Assembly: GCA_031367385.1 (NCBI GenBank)
Contig: JANLPS010000109.1
Span: 1 to 30,586 of the forward strand
DNA length: 30,586 bases
Source: Archangium sp.
GTDB lineage: Bacteria > Myxococcota > Myxococcia > Myxococcales > Myxococcaceae
Reading direction: 5' to 3'
A model generated the notes under the pieces. It had not been told where the DNA came from. It did not search any database and saw only the letters and a program-made list of their open reading frames with translations. The position numbers were made by a program, and so were the translations under genes. This document shows positions 9,602-17,829 of the stretch, in pieces (position 1 is the first letter of the stretch; every line of letters begins with the position of its first letter).

Positions 9602-10882
9602 TTACGACGGGGTCGTCGGAGCGGCCTCGGGCAAGGTCCTCCACCCGATGAGCCACGCCAGGCCGCCCACCAGCACCGCGATCGGCACCATCACCAGCGC
9701 CAGCTCCAGGTTGCCGGTGAGGTCAGAGACCACGCCGATGAGCGGAGGCGAGAGCACATCACCAAATAGGTGAATGCACAGAATCGACAGCCCGAAGGCG
9801 CGCGCGCGCAGCCCAGGCTCGACGCTGTTCACCAGAATCGCGTTGACCGGCGCGTTGTAGGCCCACAGAAACAGCTGGGCACCCAGCACCGTCGCCACGA
9901 TCGCCATCGGGGCTTTCAAGACGAACAGCGCCACCACTGTCAGCACCGTCGCTGGCAGCATCGCCAGGCCTGAGAGCGCCAGGTATGGCTGCCGCGTCAC
10001 TTTGCCGAGCCTGTCGGCGATGAACCCACCACCCGTGGTGCCCACCAGCCCTCCCACCACGGCTGAGACGCCAATCCACAAGTCGGCTTGGCTCAGCGCC
10101 ATGCCCCGAAGCCGCGACAAGAACGTGGGAAACCAGTCGGCGATGCCGCCGGTCGCAAAGGTCACGGCCGTGTAGCCAATGACGGTGATCACGAAGAGCC
10201 GGTTCTTCGCCAGCGAACGAAGCGCCACCGGCCATGACACAGGCTCCGGCGGCTTTTCATCGAACGCCCCACGCACCGGCTCTTTCATCAGCAGGGCGAG
10301 GGCCGCGACCAACAGGCCAGGCAAGCCCACTGCCAAGAACGAGGTGCGCCAACCGAAATGCTCACCGAGAATGCCTCCGAGTACGAAGCCAATCGCCGAC
10401 CCCACTGGCGTGGCCACGTAAAAGAACGTGAACACCCGGTTGCGCCGCTCGGGTGGGTAGAAATCGGCCAGCAGCGAAGGCGCCAACGTCGCATAGGCCG
10501 CCTCGCCGATGCCGACCGCCGCGCGCGCGATCAGCAACGACGTGAAGCCAGTCGAGAAGGCCGCCGCTGCCGTGGCGAGCGACCACGCGGCCACGCCGAA
10601 CGCAATCAATGCGCGCCGATTGTGCCGCTCGGCGAGGGCTCCGAAGATCGGGCTCGCGATCATGTAGACCACGATGAACGCCGACAGTGGCCAGCTCGTC
10701 TGGGCGTCACTGAGCTTGAGATCGTTCTTCAGCAGATCTTTGACCGCCGACGGCACCCACCGGTCGACGTAGTTCAGCATGTTCATCGTCGTCAGCACGA
10801 TCAACGCGAACATCGCCCCTGGAGCCGGGGGCCGCGCAGGCAACCCCTCACGGTTCGACATCGCCACCGGTGCTCCGCTCAT
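9602..10882 (-). CDS. MFS transporter (spinster-like)
   Basis: About 12 TM segments. Motifs NYVDR, FGALAERHNRR (MFS motif A), RAAVGIGEAAY and LADFYPPERR. Confidence 0.9.
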   Translation of the reverse strand: MSGAPVAMSNREGLPARPPAPGAMFALIVLTTMNMLNYVDRWVPSAVKDLLKNDLKLSDAQTSWPLSAFIVVYMIASPIFGALAERHNRRALIAFGVAAWSLATAAAAFSTGFTSLLIARAAVGIGEAAYATLAPSLLADFYPPERRNRVFTFFYVATPVGSAIGFVLGGILGEHFGWRTSFLAVGLPGLLVAALALLMKEPVRGAFDEKPPEPVSWPVALRSLAKNRLFVITVIGYTAVTFATGGIADWFPTFLSRLRGMALSQADLWIGVSAVVGGLVGTTGGGFIADRLGKVTRQPYLALSGLAMLPATVLTVVALFVLKAPMAIVATVLGAQLFLWAYNAPVNAILVNSVEPGLRARAFGLSILCIHLFGDVLSPPLIGVVSDLTGNLELALVMVPIAVLVGGLAWLIGWRTLPEAAPTTPS

Positions 10883-11460
10883 GAGCTCGCTCCGAAACGG
10901 CCCGCCAGCAGGCCGTGGCCGCTCGCCGTGAAGCTCGGTGCGGTGAGACGATTCGTGGCGCTCATCAGCGCTGAACCTGCGACCACCTCGTCGGCGCGCT
11001 TGAATTGCAATTGCGTCATCGCCACCGGGGCACCGCTCATCAGCACGCTCCGAAGCGTTCGGCCAGCAGGCCGCAGACTCGCATCATGCAGCCGGGCGCC
11101 GTGAGACGATTCGCGGCGCTGATCACCGCTGCGCCTGAGACCAATTTCTTGGCGCGCTTGAAGTGCAGTTGCGACATCGCTCGTGAGTGCGCTCCGACGC
11201 GCTCGGCCAGCACGCCGCAGACTCGCATCATGAAGCTCGGTGCCGTGAGACGATTCGCGGCGCTTCACTGCTGCACCCGCCTGAATTGCAATTGCGCCAT
11301 CGCCACCGGGGCACTGCTCACGAGCGCGCTCCGAACCGGTCGGCCAGCAGACCCCACCGCAGCCCGCGGTCGCTCACCATGCAGCTCGGTGCCTTGAGAC
11401 GATCGACCGCTGCGCGCATCACCATCGCCCCTGCAACCACCACGTCGGCGCGCTTGGGTT
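10856..11460 (-). repeat. Four diverged tandem copies of the ppx 3'-end / MFS 5'-start junction
   Basis: On the + strand GCTCCGA recurs at 10889, 11047, 11191 and 11328. (G/T)TGAGACGAT recurs at 10943, 11101, 11245 and 11394. CATCGCCACCGG occurs three times. The copies translate to variants of the Ppx C-terminus and of MSGAPVAM. Confidence 0.92.
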
Positions 11461-12238
11461 GTAGGCCAGGCACCGAGCGCCGAAGGGCCAAGGGCAATTG
11501 TTGCAGCCGGGTCACCGTCGAGTTGATTTCGGCCCGGGTCAGCTCGACGCCATGCACCAAGAGCGGGTCATAGGGTTCGACCTGCCTGGCAATCGCCGCG
11601 ATCGTGGTCGCGGTGCCGGCCACGCCCACCATCAAGGCCCCGCTTGGAGCCTCCGGCAATGAGGCGAAGGTGTCTTTGAGCATCGCGTCGATGTGCTCGA
11701 GCTCTTCAGCCGTCGCTGGGTCGTGCTTCACCGCTCGCTCGGTCAGCCGCACCGCGCCCACATCGAAGCTGCGTCGAAAGGTGATTGCGCCCGACGGGTC
11801 ACCAAAGATGACCTCGGTCGAGCCTCCGCCGATGTCGAGCACGACCAATGGCCGGGCCCCTCCGAAGTCGGCGTGCGCCGATGCGAACGAGAGCCGGGCT
11901 TCTTCGTCTCCTGAGATGATCTCCACCGTCACGCCCGCTCGCGCACGGGTCAGCTCGAGAAAGTCTTTGCCGTTGATCGCGTCGCGCGCCGCGCTGGTGG
12001 CCGAGACCACGATGTCGGTGGCGTCATGCGCGCGGGCATCGCGAACGAAGGCTTCAATCGCCGCGACCGTGGTCTCGATTGACTCGGCAGAAAGCCGCTT
12101 GGTCGCGTCGACCCCTCTGCCCAACCGGGTGATCTCGGCTCGCTCGAAGACCGCTGACCAGCGTTTGCTCGCATCTTGTTCGGCGACCAAGAGCAACACC
12201 GAGTTGGTACCCACATCAATGGCTGCGGAGCGGCGCAC
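11318..12238 (-). CDS. ppx: Ppx/GppA-family exopolyphosphatase (short, single-module type)
   Basis: Motifs IDVGTNS, ATSAARDAING, ISGDEEARL, DIGGGSTE, GVAGT, RADVVVAG and SDRGLRWG; 306 aa. Confidence 0.92.
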   Translation of the reverse strand: MRRSAAIDVGTNSVLLLVAEQDASKRWSAVFERAEITRLGRGVDATKRLSAESIETTVAAIEAFVRDARAHDATDIVVSATSAARDAINGKDFLELTRARAGVTVEIISGDEEARLSFASAHADFGGARPLVVLDIGGGSTEVIFGDPSGAITFRRSFDVGAVRLTERAVKHDPATAEELEHIDAMLKDTFASLPEAPSGALMVGVAGTATTIAAIARQVEPYDPLLVHGVELTRAEINSTVTRLQQLPLALRRSVPGLQPKRADVVVAGAMVMRAAVDRLKAPSCMVSDRGLRWGLLADRFGARS

Positions 12239-12366
12239 GGGGCAGCGAAGTTACAGCAGCTACGGCAAGACGCGAGCTTCAACTAACGCGTCGTGTCGCA
12301 AGTCTCGGGTTGCTTAAGCCCCCTCGGAGGGCGAAAAGCCCGGTCGCCACAAGGGGGCACCGCACA

Positions 12367-13434
12367 ATGGACGCGCATTCACGCATTTACGGTCAAGGGT
12401 TCGTCACTGGCGAAGTGGCCGTCGACAACGACCGCATCGCGAAGGTCTTCGATACCTCCGACGAGTGGATTCGTGAACGTTCGGGCATTCAAAACCGCTT
12501 CTTCGTCAACGAAGGCACCACCACCTCAGATCTCGGTGTCGCCGCGGCCAAGAAGGCCCTCGACTCGGCGGGCCTCACCGCCAACGACATTGACTACATC
12601 GTCGTCGCGACGATGACCCCCGACTACTATTTCCCCGGGGTCGGCAGCCAGATTCAGACCAAGCTCGGCATGGGCCCCGTGCCCTCGCTCGACATTCGGC
12701 AGCAGTGCTCGGGGTTCGTGTACGGCTTGCAGGTCGCCGATGCCCTCATTCGCGCCGGAGCCGCCAAGCGGCTGCTCTTCGTCGGCTGCGAAATTCACAC
12801 CGGCTTCATGCCCTTCTCGAAGCACAGCTGGGACGTCGTGATGGGCCGCTCGAACGAGCCCATCAGCAAAGAAGAAAAAGATTGGAACTCGAAGTTTCGC
12901 CACCTGCTGGTGCTCTTCGGAGACGCCGCTGGTGCCGTGGTCATGGGCCCCACCGACGACCCCAAGCGCGGCGTTCTCGGGTTCGCGCTCCACTCAGATG
13001 GCAAGAACCTCGAGGCGCTCTACGTGCCCTCCGCCGGGTTCGCCTACAGGCCATACTTTGACGAGGCGATGGTTCGCGAAGGCCGCTCCGTGCCCGTGAT
13101 GGACGGCCGGCAGGTCTACAAGATGGCCATCACCAAGATGCCCGAGGCCGTCGTCGAGGTGTGCGCGAAGGTCGGAGTCTCCGTCAACGACATCGACCTG
13201 CTCATCCCCCACCAGGCGAACTTGCGCATCAGCGAGGCCGTGCAGAAGTCGCTCAAGCTCCCTGACTCGCGCGTCTACAACAACATTCAAAAGTACGGCA
13301 ACACCACCGCCGCGACCATTCCCATCGCGTACGAAGAATGCAAAGCGTCAGGCAAGATCAAGCAGGGCGACCTGGTGTGCTTCGTCGGCCTCGGCGCCGG
13401 GTTTCATTGGGGCGCCGCGCTGATGCGCGAGTAG
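12367..13434 (+). CDS. fabH: 3-oxoacyl-ACP synthase III family protein
   Basis: DTSDEWIRERSGI, catalytic Cys (QQCSGF), His (PHQAN) and Asn (YGNT), LFGDAAGA and GAGFHWG. Start placed at ATG 12367 after a G-rich SD-like sequence. Confidence 0.9.
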   Translation: MDAHSRIYGQGFVTGEVAVDNDRIAKVFDTSDEWIRERSGIQNRFFVNEGTTTSDLGVAAAKKALDSAGLTANDIDYIVVATMTPDYYFPGVGSQIQTKLGMGPVPSLDIRQQCSGFVYGLQVADALIRAGAAKRLLFVGCEIHTGFMPFSKHSWDVVMGRSNEPISKEEKDWNSKFRHLLVLFGDAAGAVVMGPTDDPKRGVLGFALHSDGKNLEALYVPSAGFAYRPYFDEAMVREGRSVPVMDGRQVYKMAITKMPEAVVEVCAKVGVSVNDIDLLIPHQANLRISEAVQKSLKLPDSRVYNNIQKYGNTTAATIPIAYEECKASGKIKQGDLVCFVGLGAGFHWGAALMRE

Positions 13435-13446
13435 CGGGGCTGCGGT

Positions 13447-14727
13447 TTACGAGCCCCAATCGGGCGTCGAGTATTCGCCCTTCTCGGTCGGCAGCGCGAT
13501 CTGGTTGTTGCCGTCGAAGGTCATCACGTACAGCTGATTCGACCCACCTCCGCCACGCGTCGAGGTGAAGATGATCAGCCGCCCGTTGGGTGAGAACGAC
13601 GGCTCCTCGTTGTTCGCCGCGTCTTGGGTCAGCCGCTTGATCTTCTTCGTCGACAGCTCGACCGTGAAAATGTCGAACGCGTTTCGCTCGTCACGCGCGG
13701 TGAAGGCGATGATGTCTCCGCGGGGGCTCCAGGCCGGGGTCTGGTTGTAGTTGCCCTGAAACGTCAGCCGCTCGACGCCGCTGCCATCGACGTTCATCGT
13801 GTAGACCTGCGGGTTGCCCGCGCGGTTCGAGACGAACGCCAGCTTCTTGCCATCGGGCGACCAGGCCGGGCTCGAGTTCAAGAAGAACTTGGTGTCAGTG
13901 ACCGCCTTCGGGCCTGAGCCGTCGGCTGCCGAGATGTAGATCTCGGCGTGCTCGCCGTCTGAGACCGAATACGCCAGGCGCTTGCCATCGGGCGAGTAGG
14001 CCGCGCCGCTCACCATGCGACCGACCGTCACCAACGGCTTCACCTCGCCGCCTCGCGAAACGAACAGCTCGGGCTGGCCGCGCCGGTACGAGGTGAACGC
14101 AGCTCCCGTGTGGTCTGGCACCACCGCCGGCAACACGTTGATGCCCCCGCTGGCGATCGCGACCGCGTTTCGGCCGTCCCAATCCGCGAGGTAGACGTCT
14201 TTGCCTTCTTTGGTCTTTCGCACGAACGCGATCTTCGTCTCGAACGGCCCGGTCTCTTTCGAGAACTCTTTGTAGACCGCGTTCGCCAGCTTGTGGGCCA
14301 GGCGCCGCACGTCTTTCACCGACATCGAGCCGCTGGCCTTCACCAGCTCGCGCCCCGCGTTCACGTTGAACAGCCGCAGGTCGGCGTGCAGCGTTTCGCC
14401 GTCGGTCGACAGCTGGGTCTTTACCAACGCCTCGGCCCCCACGTTCACCCAGTTGGGGAAGTTGATGGTCACCGCGGTCACGCCTTCTTTCGCGTCAGCC
14501 AAGAAGCTCTTGCGGTCGAGCAGCTGAAAGAGCCCACAGGCCTGAAAGTCGAAGGTCAGGGTCGCGTCGAACTCTGCCGCAGCCTTCTTCGCCGCCTCGT
14601 CTTGCGTCGCCGGTGCCGCGATCGCCAACGGGGTCGGCCGAAAATTCGCGCCTGAAATCGCAATGGTCGGTTGCTGCGCCAACGCCGCGAGGGGAAACAG
14701 AAAGAGAATCAGAGCTCGAGCTGACAT
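13447..14727 (-). CDS. tolB: Tol-Pal beta-propeller protein TolB
   Basis: Signal peptide MSARALILFLFPLAALA, TolB N-domain (RRLAHKLANAVY) and PD40 repeats (PAWSPDG, PAWSPRG, PSFSPNG); follows tolQRA. Confidence 0.92.
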   Translation of the reverse strand: MSARALILFLFPLAALAQQPTIAISGANFRPTPLAIAAPATQDEAAKKAAAEFDATLTFDFQACGLFQLLDRKSFLADAKEGVTAVTINFPNWVNVGAEALVKTQLSTDGETLHADLRLFNVNAGRELVKASGSMSVKDVRRLAHKLANAVYKEFSKETGPFETKIAFVRKTKEGKDVYLADWDGRNAVAIASGGINVLPAVVPDHTGAAFTSYRRGQPELFVSRGGEVKPLVTVGRMVSGAAYSPDGKRLAYSVSDGEHAEIYISAADGSGPKAVTDTKFFLNSSPAWSPDGKKLAFVSNRAGNPQVYTMNVDGSGVERLTFQGNYNQTPAWSPRGDIIAFTARDERNAFDIFTVELSTKKIKRLTQDAANNEEPSFSPNGRLIIFTSTRGGGGSNQLYVMTFDGNNQIALPTEKGEYSTPDWGS

Positions 14728-14734
14728 CGGCACC

Positions 14735-15496
14735 TCAGGGAGTGAAATCAAACGGCACACCATTCTTTCTCAGGCCATCACGCAGGTGATCTGGCGGCGC
14801 CGTGAACGGAGCCGCTTTCTTCACCGCCTCCACCACCGCCGCGTCAAACAGGTCATTGCCCGAAGGCGTGCTCAACTTCACATCAATCAGCTCGCCAGTC
14901 GGTGCAATTCGCACCGTCACCACCGCATGAAGCCGTCGCCGCTCAGACTCAGCAATCGAATTCGACACGTCATAATTGCGGTGCACCACTGAAGAGAGCA
15001 GCCCGTAGTAGCGCTCGCCCTCCTGTTTCGATGAGTCGCCGTTGCGGTCTCCGTCAACCTGGCCCTCGACCTCGTCGGCCTTGCCGGTCTTGTTCAACGC
15101 CGCGAACAGGTCTTTCTTCGCGTCTTTTTGCTTGCCGGTCTCTTTCGAGGTGTCTTTCTTCGGCTCGAGCTTCGCGTCTTTCGTCGGTATCGGCACCGCG
15201 GTCGCGGCCGGCTTGGGCGGCGCCGCCACTTCGACCGGCTTCTCGGCCATCTGAACCGGCGGGGGCTCTTCTTCTCTCTTCGGCAAGAGCTTCTCGTCGC
15301 GCGGCTTACCCAGACGCACCAGCGAAGCGGTGATCGGCTTCTGGTCGAGTGAGCTCATCGGCGAGCCGAACAGCCACGAGAAGAGCAGGGTGAGCACCAC
15401 CGCCAACACATGCCCGATCACCGAAAAGAGCAGAAACGGCAGCAGCTTCGAGGGCCGCGGGCGCAACAGGCTGTCGGCGACCGGGCTCGGAGTCAT
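14735..15496 (-). CDS. tolA: TolA/TonB-family energy transducer
   Basis: N-terminal TM with SxxxH motif (SVIGH), Lys/Pro-rich linker, TonB/TolA C-domain (SGNDLFDAAVVEAVKKAAPF); lies between tolR and tolB. Confidence 0.85.
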   Translation of the reverse strand: MTPSPVADSLLRPRPSKLLPFLLFSVIGHVLAVVLTLLFSWLFGSPMSSLDQKPITASLVRLGKPRDEKLLPKREEEPPPVQMAEKPVEVAAPPKPAATAVPIPTKDAKLEPKKDTSKETGKQKDAKKDLFAALNKTGKADEVEGQVDGDRNGDSSKQEGERYYGLLSSVVHRNYDVSNSIAESERRRLHAVVTVRIAPTGELIDVKLSTPSGNDLFDAAVVEAVKKAAPFTAPPDHLRDGLRKNGVPFDFTP

Positions 15497-15501
15497 CGTG
15501 G

Positions 15502-15945
15502 TTATTTCTTCTTGTCTTTCAACGCCTTGCCCGCGCCCATCGGGTCCGTGATCATGCCGACGTTGGTGATGCCCGCCCGTTGCGCCGACGCCATCACGTC
15601 AACCACGATGCCGTAGGGCAGGTCTCGGTCGGCGTGCAGGTACAGCTCCTTGTCGGCCTGCGCCTTTGCGTTCGTCTTCAGCTTCTCTTCGAGCTCCTCG
15701 AGCTTGATCTCGACCTCGCCGATGAACACCCGCTTCGACACGTCAATCGACAGCACCAACTTCTTGTCGCTCGCCTCGACCGGCGCCGCCTTGGTCTCAG
15801 GCAGGTTCACCTTCACCCCCTGCTGAATCAGGGGTGTCGTAACCATGAATATAATAAGCAAGACTAGCATAACGTCGACCATCGGCGTGACGTTGATCTC
15901 GCTCATCGTGGTGCGGCCACCACCCTTGCCGGTCGACATGCTCAT
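15502..15945 (-). CDS. tolR: TolR/ExbD
   Basis: SEINVTPMVDVMLVLLIIFMV and ADRDLPYGIVVDVM motifs. Confidence 0.93.
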   Translation of the reverse strand: MSMSTGKGGGRTTMSEINVTPMVDVMLVLLIIFMVTTPLIQQGVKVNLPETKAAPVEASDKKLVLSIDVSKRVFIGEVEIKLEELEEKLKTNAKAQADKELYLHADRDLPYGIVVDVMASAQRAGITNVGMITDPMGAGKALKDKKK

Positions 15946-15952
15946 TCGTCGC

Positions 15953-16642
15953 TCACTTGAAGAAGTGCCGCTTCACGATGTTCAAGAAGTCGTTCGAGAA
16001 GTTCGACATCTCGGTGTCGAAGACTTTGATGCGTGAGACGAACGAGTTGTAGGCGATGACCGCCGGTATCGCCGCGAACAGGCCAGCCGCAGTGGCCAGC
16101 AGCGCGTTGCCGATCGGCGCCGCCACCGTCGTGATCGTCGCGTTGCCCTTCTCGGCGATCTCGTTGAACGCACCCAGAATGCCCATCACCGTGCCGAACA
16201 ACCCGATGAAGGGCGCGGTGCTCCCCACGGTGCCCAAGAAGCTCACGTTGTTCTCGAGGGTCGTGATCTCGGCCGTCGCTGCGCGCGCCAACGCCCGCTC
16301 GACGTTCTCGATACCTCCCAGCCGCTCGCTCATCGCGCCCTCGGCGCCGCCCTTGTGCTGGGCCAGCTTCGAGAGCTCTTCGTACCCGGCCCGAAAGACG
16401 CGAGAAATCGGAGACCCCTCGAGCTTCTGCGCCGACGTGTAGATCGCGTCCAGCCGCGACGCCTTCCAGAAGGTGTCGAGAAAGCTCACCGACTCTTGCC
16501 GGGCCTTTCGCAGCTGCAGGCTCTTCATCGTGATGAGCGCCCAGGAGTAGGCCGACGCCGCCGCCAGAACCACCAGCACCATCAGCTCAACACCCGACGC
16601 GCTTTTGAGCACATCGAGGTAATTCATCGAGGCCAAAACCAT
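15953..16642 (-). CDS. tolQ: TolQ/ExbB proton-channel subunit
   Basis: LGTVGSTAPFIGLFGTVMGI and ALLATAAGLFAAIPAVIAYN motifs. Confidence 0.93.
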   Translation of the reverse strand: MVLASMNYLDVLKSASGVELMVLVVLAAASAYSWALITMKSLQLRKARQESVSFLDTFWKASRLDAIYTSAQKLEGSPISRVFRAGYEELSKLAQHKGGAEGAMSERLGGIENVERALARAATAEITTLENNVSFLGTVGSTAPFIGLFGTVMGILGAFNEIAEKGNATITTVAAPIGNALLATAAGLFAAIPAVIAYNSFVSRIKVFDTEMSNFSNDFLNIVKRHFFK

Positions 16643-16744
16643 GACATGGCGCGTAACACCCCGGACTCAGGGCATCAAGAAACGACAATTCGTGGTGCGA
16701 CCCATTTGAATAGAGGAGAGTGCAGGGGCGTCTGGAGACTCACC

Positions 16745-17788
16745 ATGAGCTCACACAAACAATTCCTTGCCCTTGCGTTGGTTGCCTCCTCCCTGATGAG
16801 CGCCAGCGGCTGCGTCTGCGTCTCCACGGCCTCACGCGCCGGTAACGTCACGTTTCTGTGGACGTTTTCGGGTCAGCCTTGTGCGCTGGTTCCTGACATC
16901 ACGAACGTGACCATTCAGATACCCGGTCAGGCGCTGCAGAACGGCGGCTCGTACGGCTGCTTGAACGGCAACCCGTCGACCGCTGGCATCGTGCTGCTCG
17001 ACTTTCGCCCCGGCACCTATTCGTTCAGCATTCAGGGCAACAACAGCGCGGGCCAGACCCTCTATGAGGCCGCCGGCAAGTTCACCGTGTCGGGCGACGT
17101 GACCGTGAGCATCGACCTGAAGCCCGGCGCCAATGCTCCCGGCGCCGCCATCGTCACGTGGACATTGCCCAACAACGCGACCTGCGCCAACGCGGTCGGC
17201 GAGGCCATCTCCACCGTCGACATCGTCATCGACAACACCACCACGCTCCACAACGCCTGCAACTCGGGCATCGTCTCGGCTGGCGGCAGCGGCCCGGGCG
17301 TGACCATCACCGGCTTGCTCGCGGGCACGCACACCATGGAGCTGCGCGCCTTCGGGGCCTCGAACTTTCAGTACTTCGGCGTCATCAACAGCATCACCAT
17401 CAACGCCGGCGGCACCGTCGAGGGCCAGTTCACCTTGGGCTACGTCGTCGGCAGCCTGCCCATCAAATGGCAATTCTTGGCCAGCGGCGTCGCGGTCACC
17501 TGCGAGCAGATCGGCAGCCCGATGGTCTTCGTCAACTTGAAAGACTCCCGCGGCAACTTCGTCTACTCGGGCTCGGGCTACTCAGTGCCGTGCAAGAACG
17601 GCGACGGGCTTCAGGGCACGCTCTTCCCCTATCTCTACGGTGACACGTACCAGGTGTACGTGCAGGCGAACCCGAACAACGTGCTCTACCGCTCGAACCA
17701 GAACACGCCCCCGACCGCCGCGGTCACCGCAGGCGTCTTCCCCCTGCTCGACGCGAACACCTTCGCCATCAACGTCACCAACCCGTAG
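16745..17788 (+). CDS. Predicted lipoprotein with three tandem Cys-paired beta-rich domains
   Basis: ATG 16745 follows GGAG. Signal peptide ends in SASGC. Three ~110-aa units each start G-x-x-x-x-x-W and carry two Cys. The longer ORF from 16355 overlaps tolQ and is an unlikely start. Confidence 0.75.
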   Translation: MSSHKQFLALALVASSLMSASGCVCVSTASRAGNVTFLWTFSGQPCALVPDITNVTIQIPGQALQNGGSYGCLNGNPSTAGIVLLDFRPGTYSFSIQGNNSAGQTLYEAAGKFTVSGDVTVSIDLKPGANAPGAAIVTWTLPNNATCANAVGEAISTVDIVIDNTTTLHNACNSGIVSAGGSGPGVTITGLLAGTHTMELRAFGASNFQYFGVINSITINAGGTVEGQFTLGYVVGSLPIKWQFLASGVAVTCEQIGSPMVFVNLKDSRGNFVYSGSGYSVPCKNGDGLQGTLFPYLYGDTYQVYVQANPNNVLYRSNQNTPPTAAVTAGVFPLLDANTFAINVTNP

Positions 17789-17829
17789 GCCAAAAGCGTT
17801 GGCCTCGCCTGTGCTAGTGCTGCCGGTCG

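Noticed and set aside
10883..11317. Repeat region as a CRISPR array, DGR template or integron cassette array
   Set aside because: There are no identical short repeats with unique spacers and the whole unit derives from the flanking genes. Differences are not confined to adenines. No cas, reverse transcriptase or integrase gene is in the window.
16355..16744. 130-aa N-terminal extension of the lipoprotein ORF
   Set aside because: It overlaps tolQ on the opposite strand; the signal peptide and SD point to ATG 16745.
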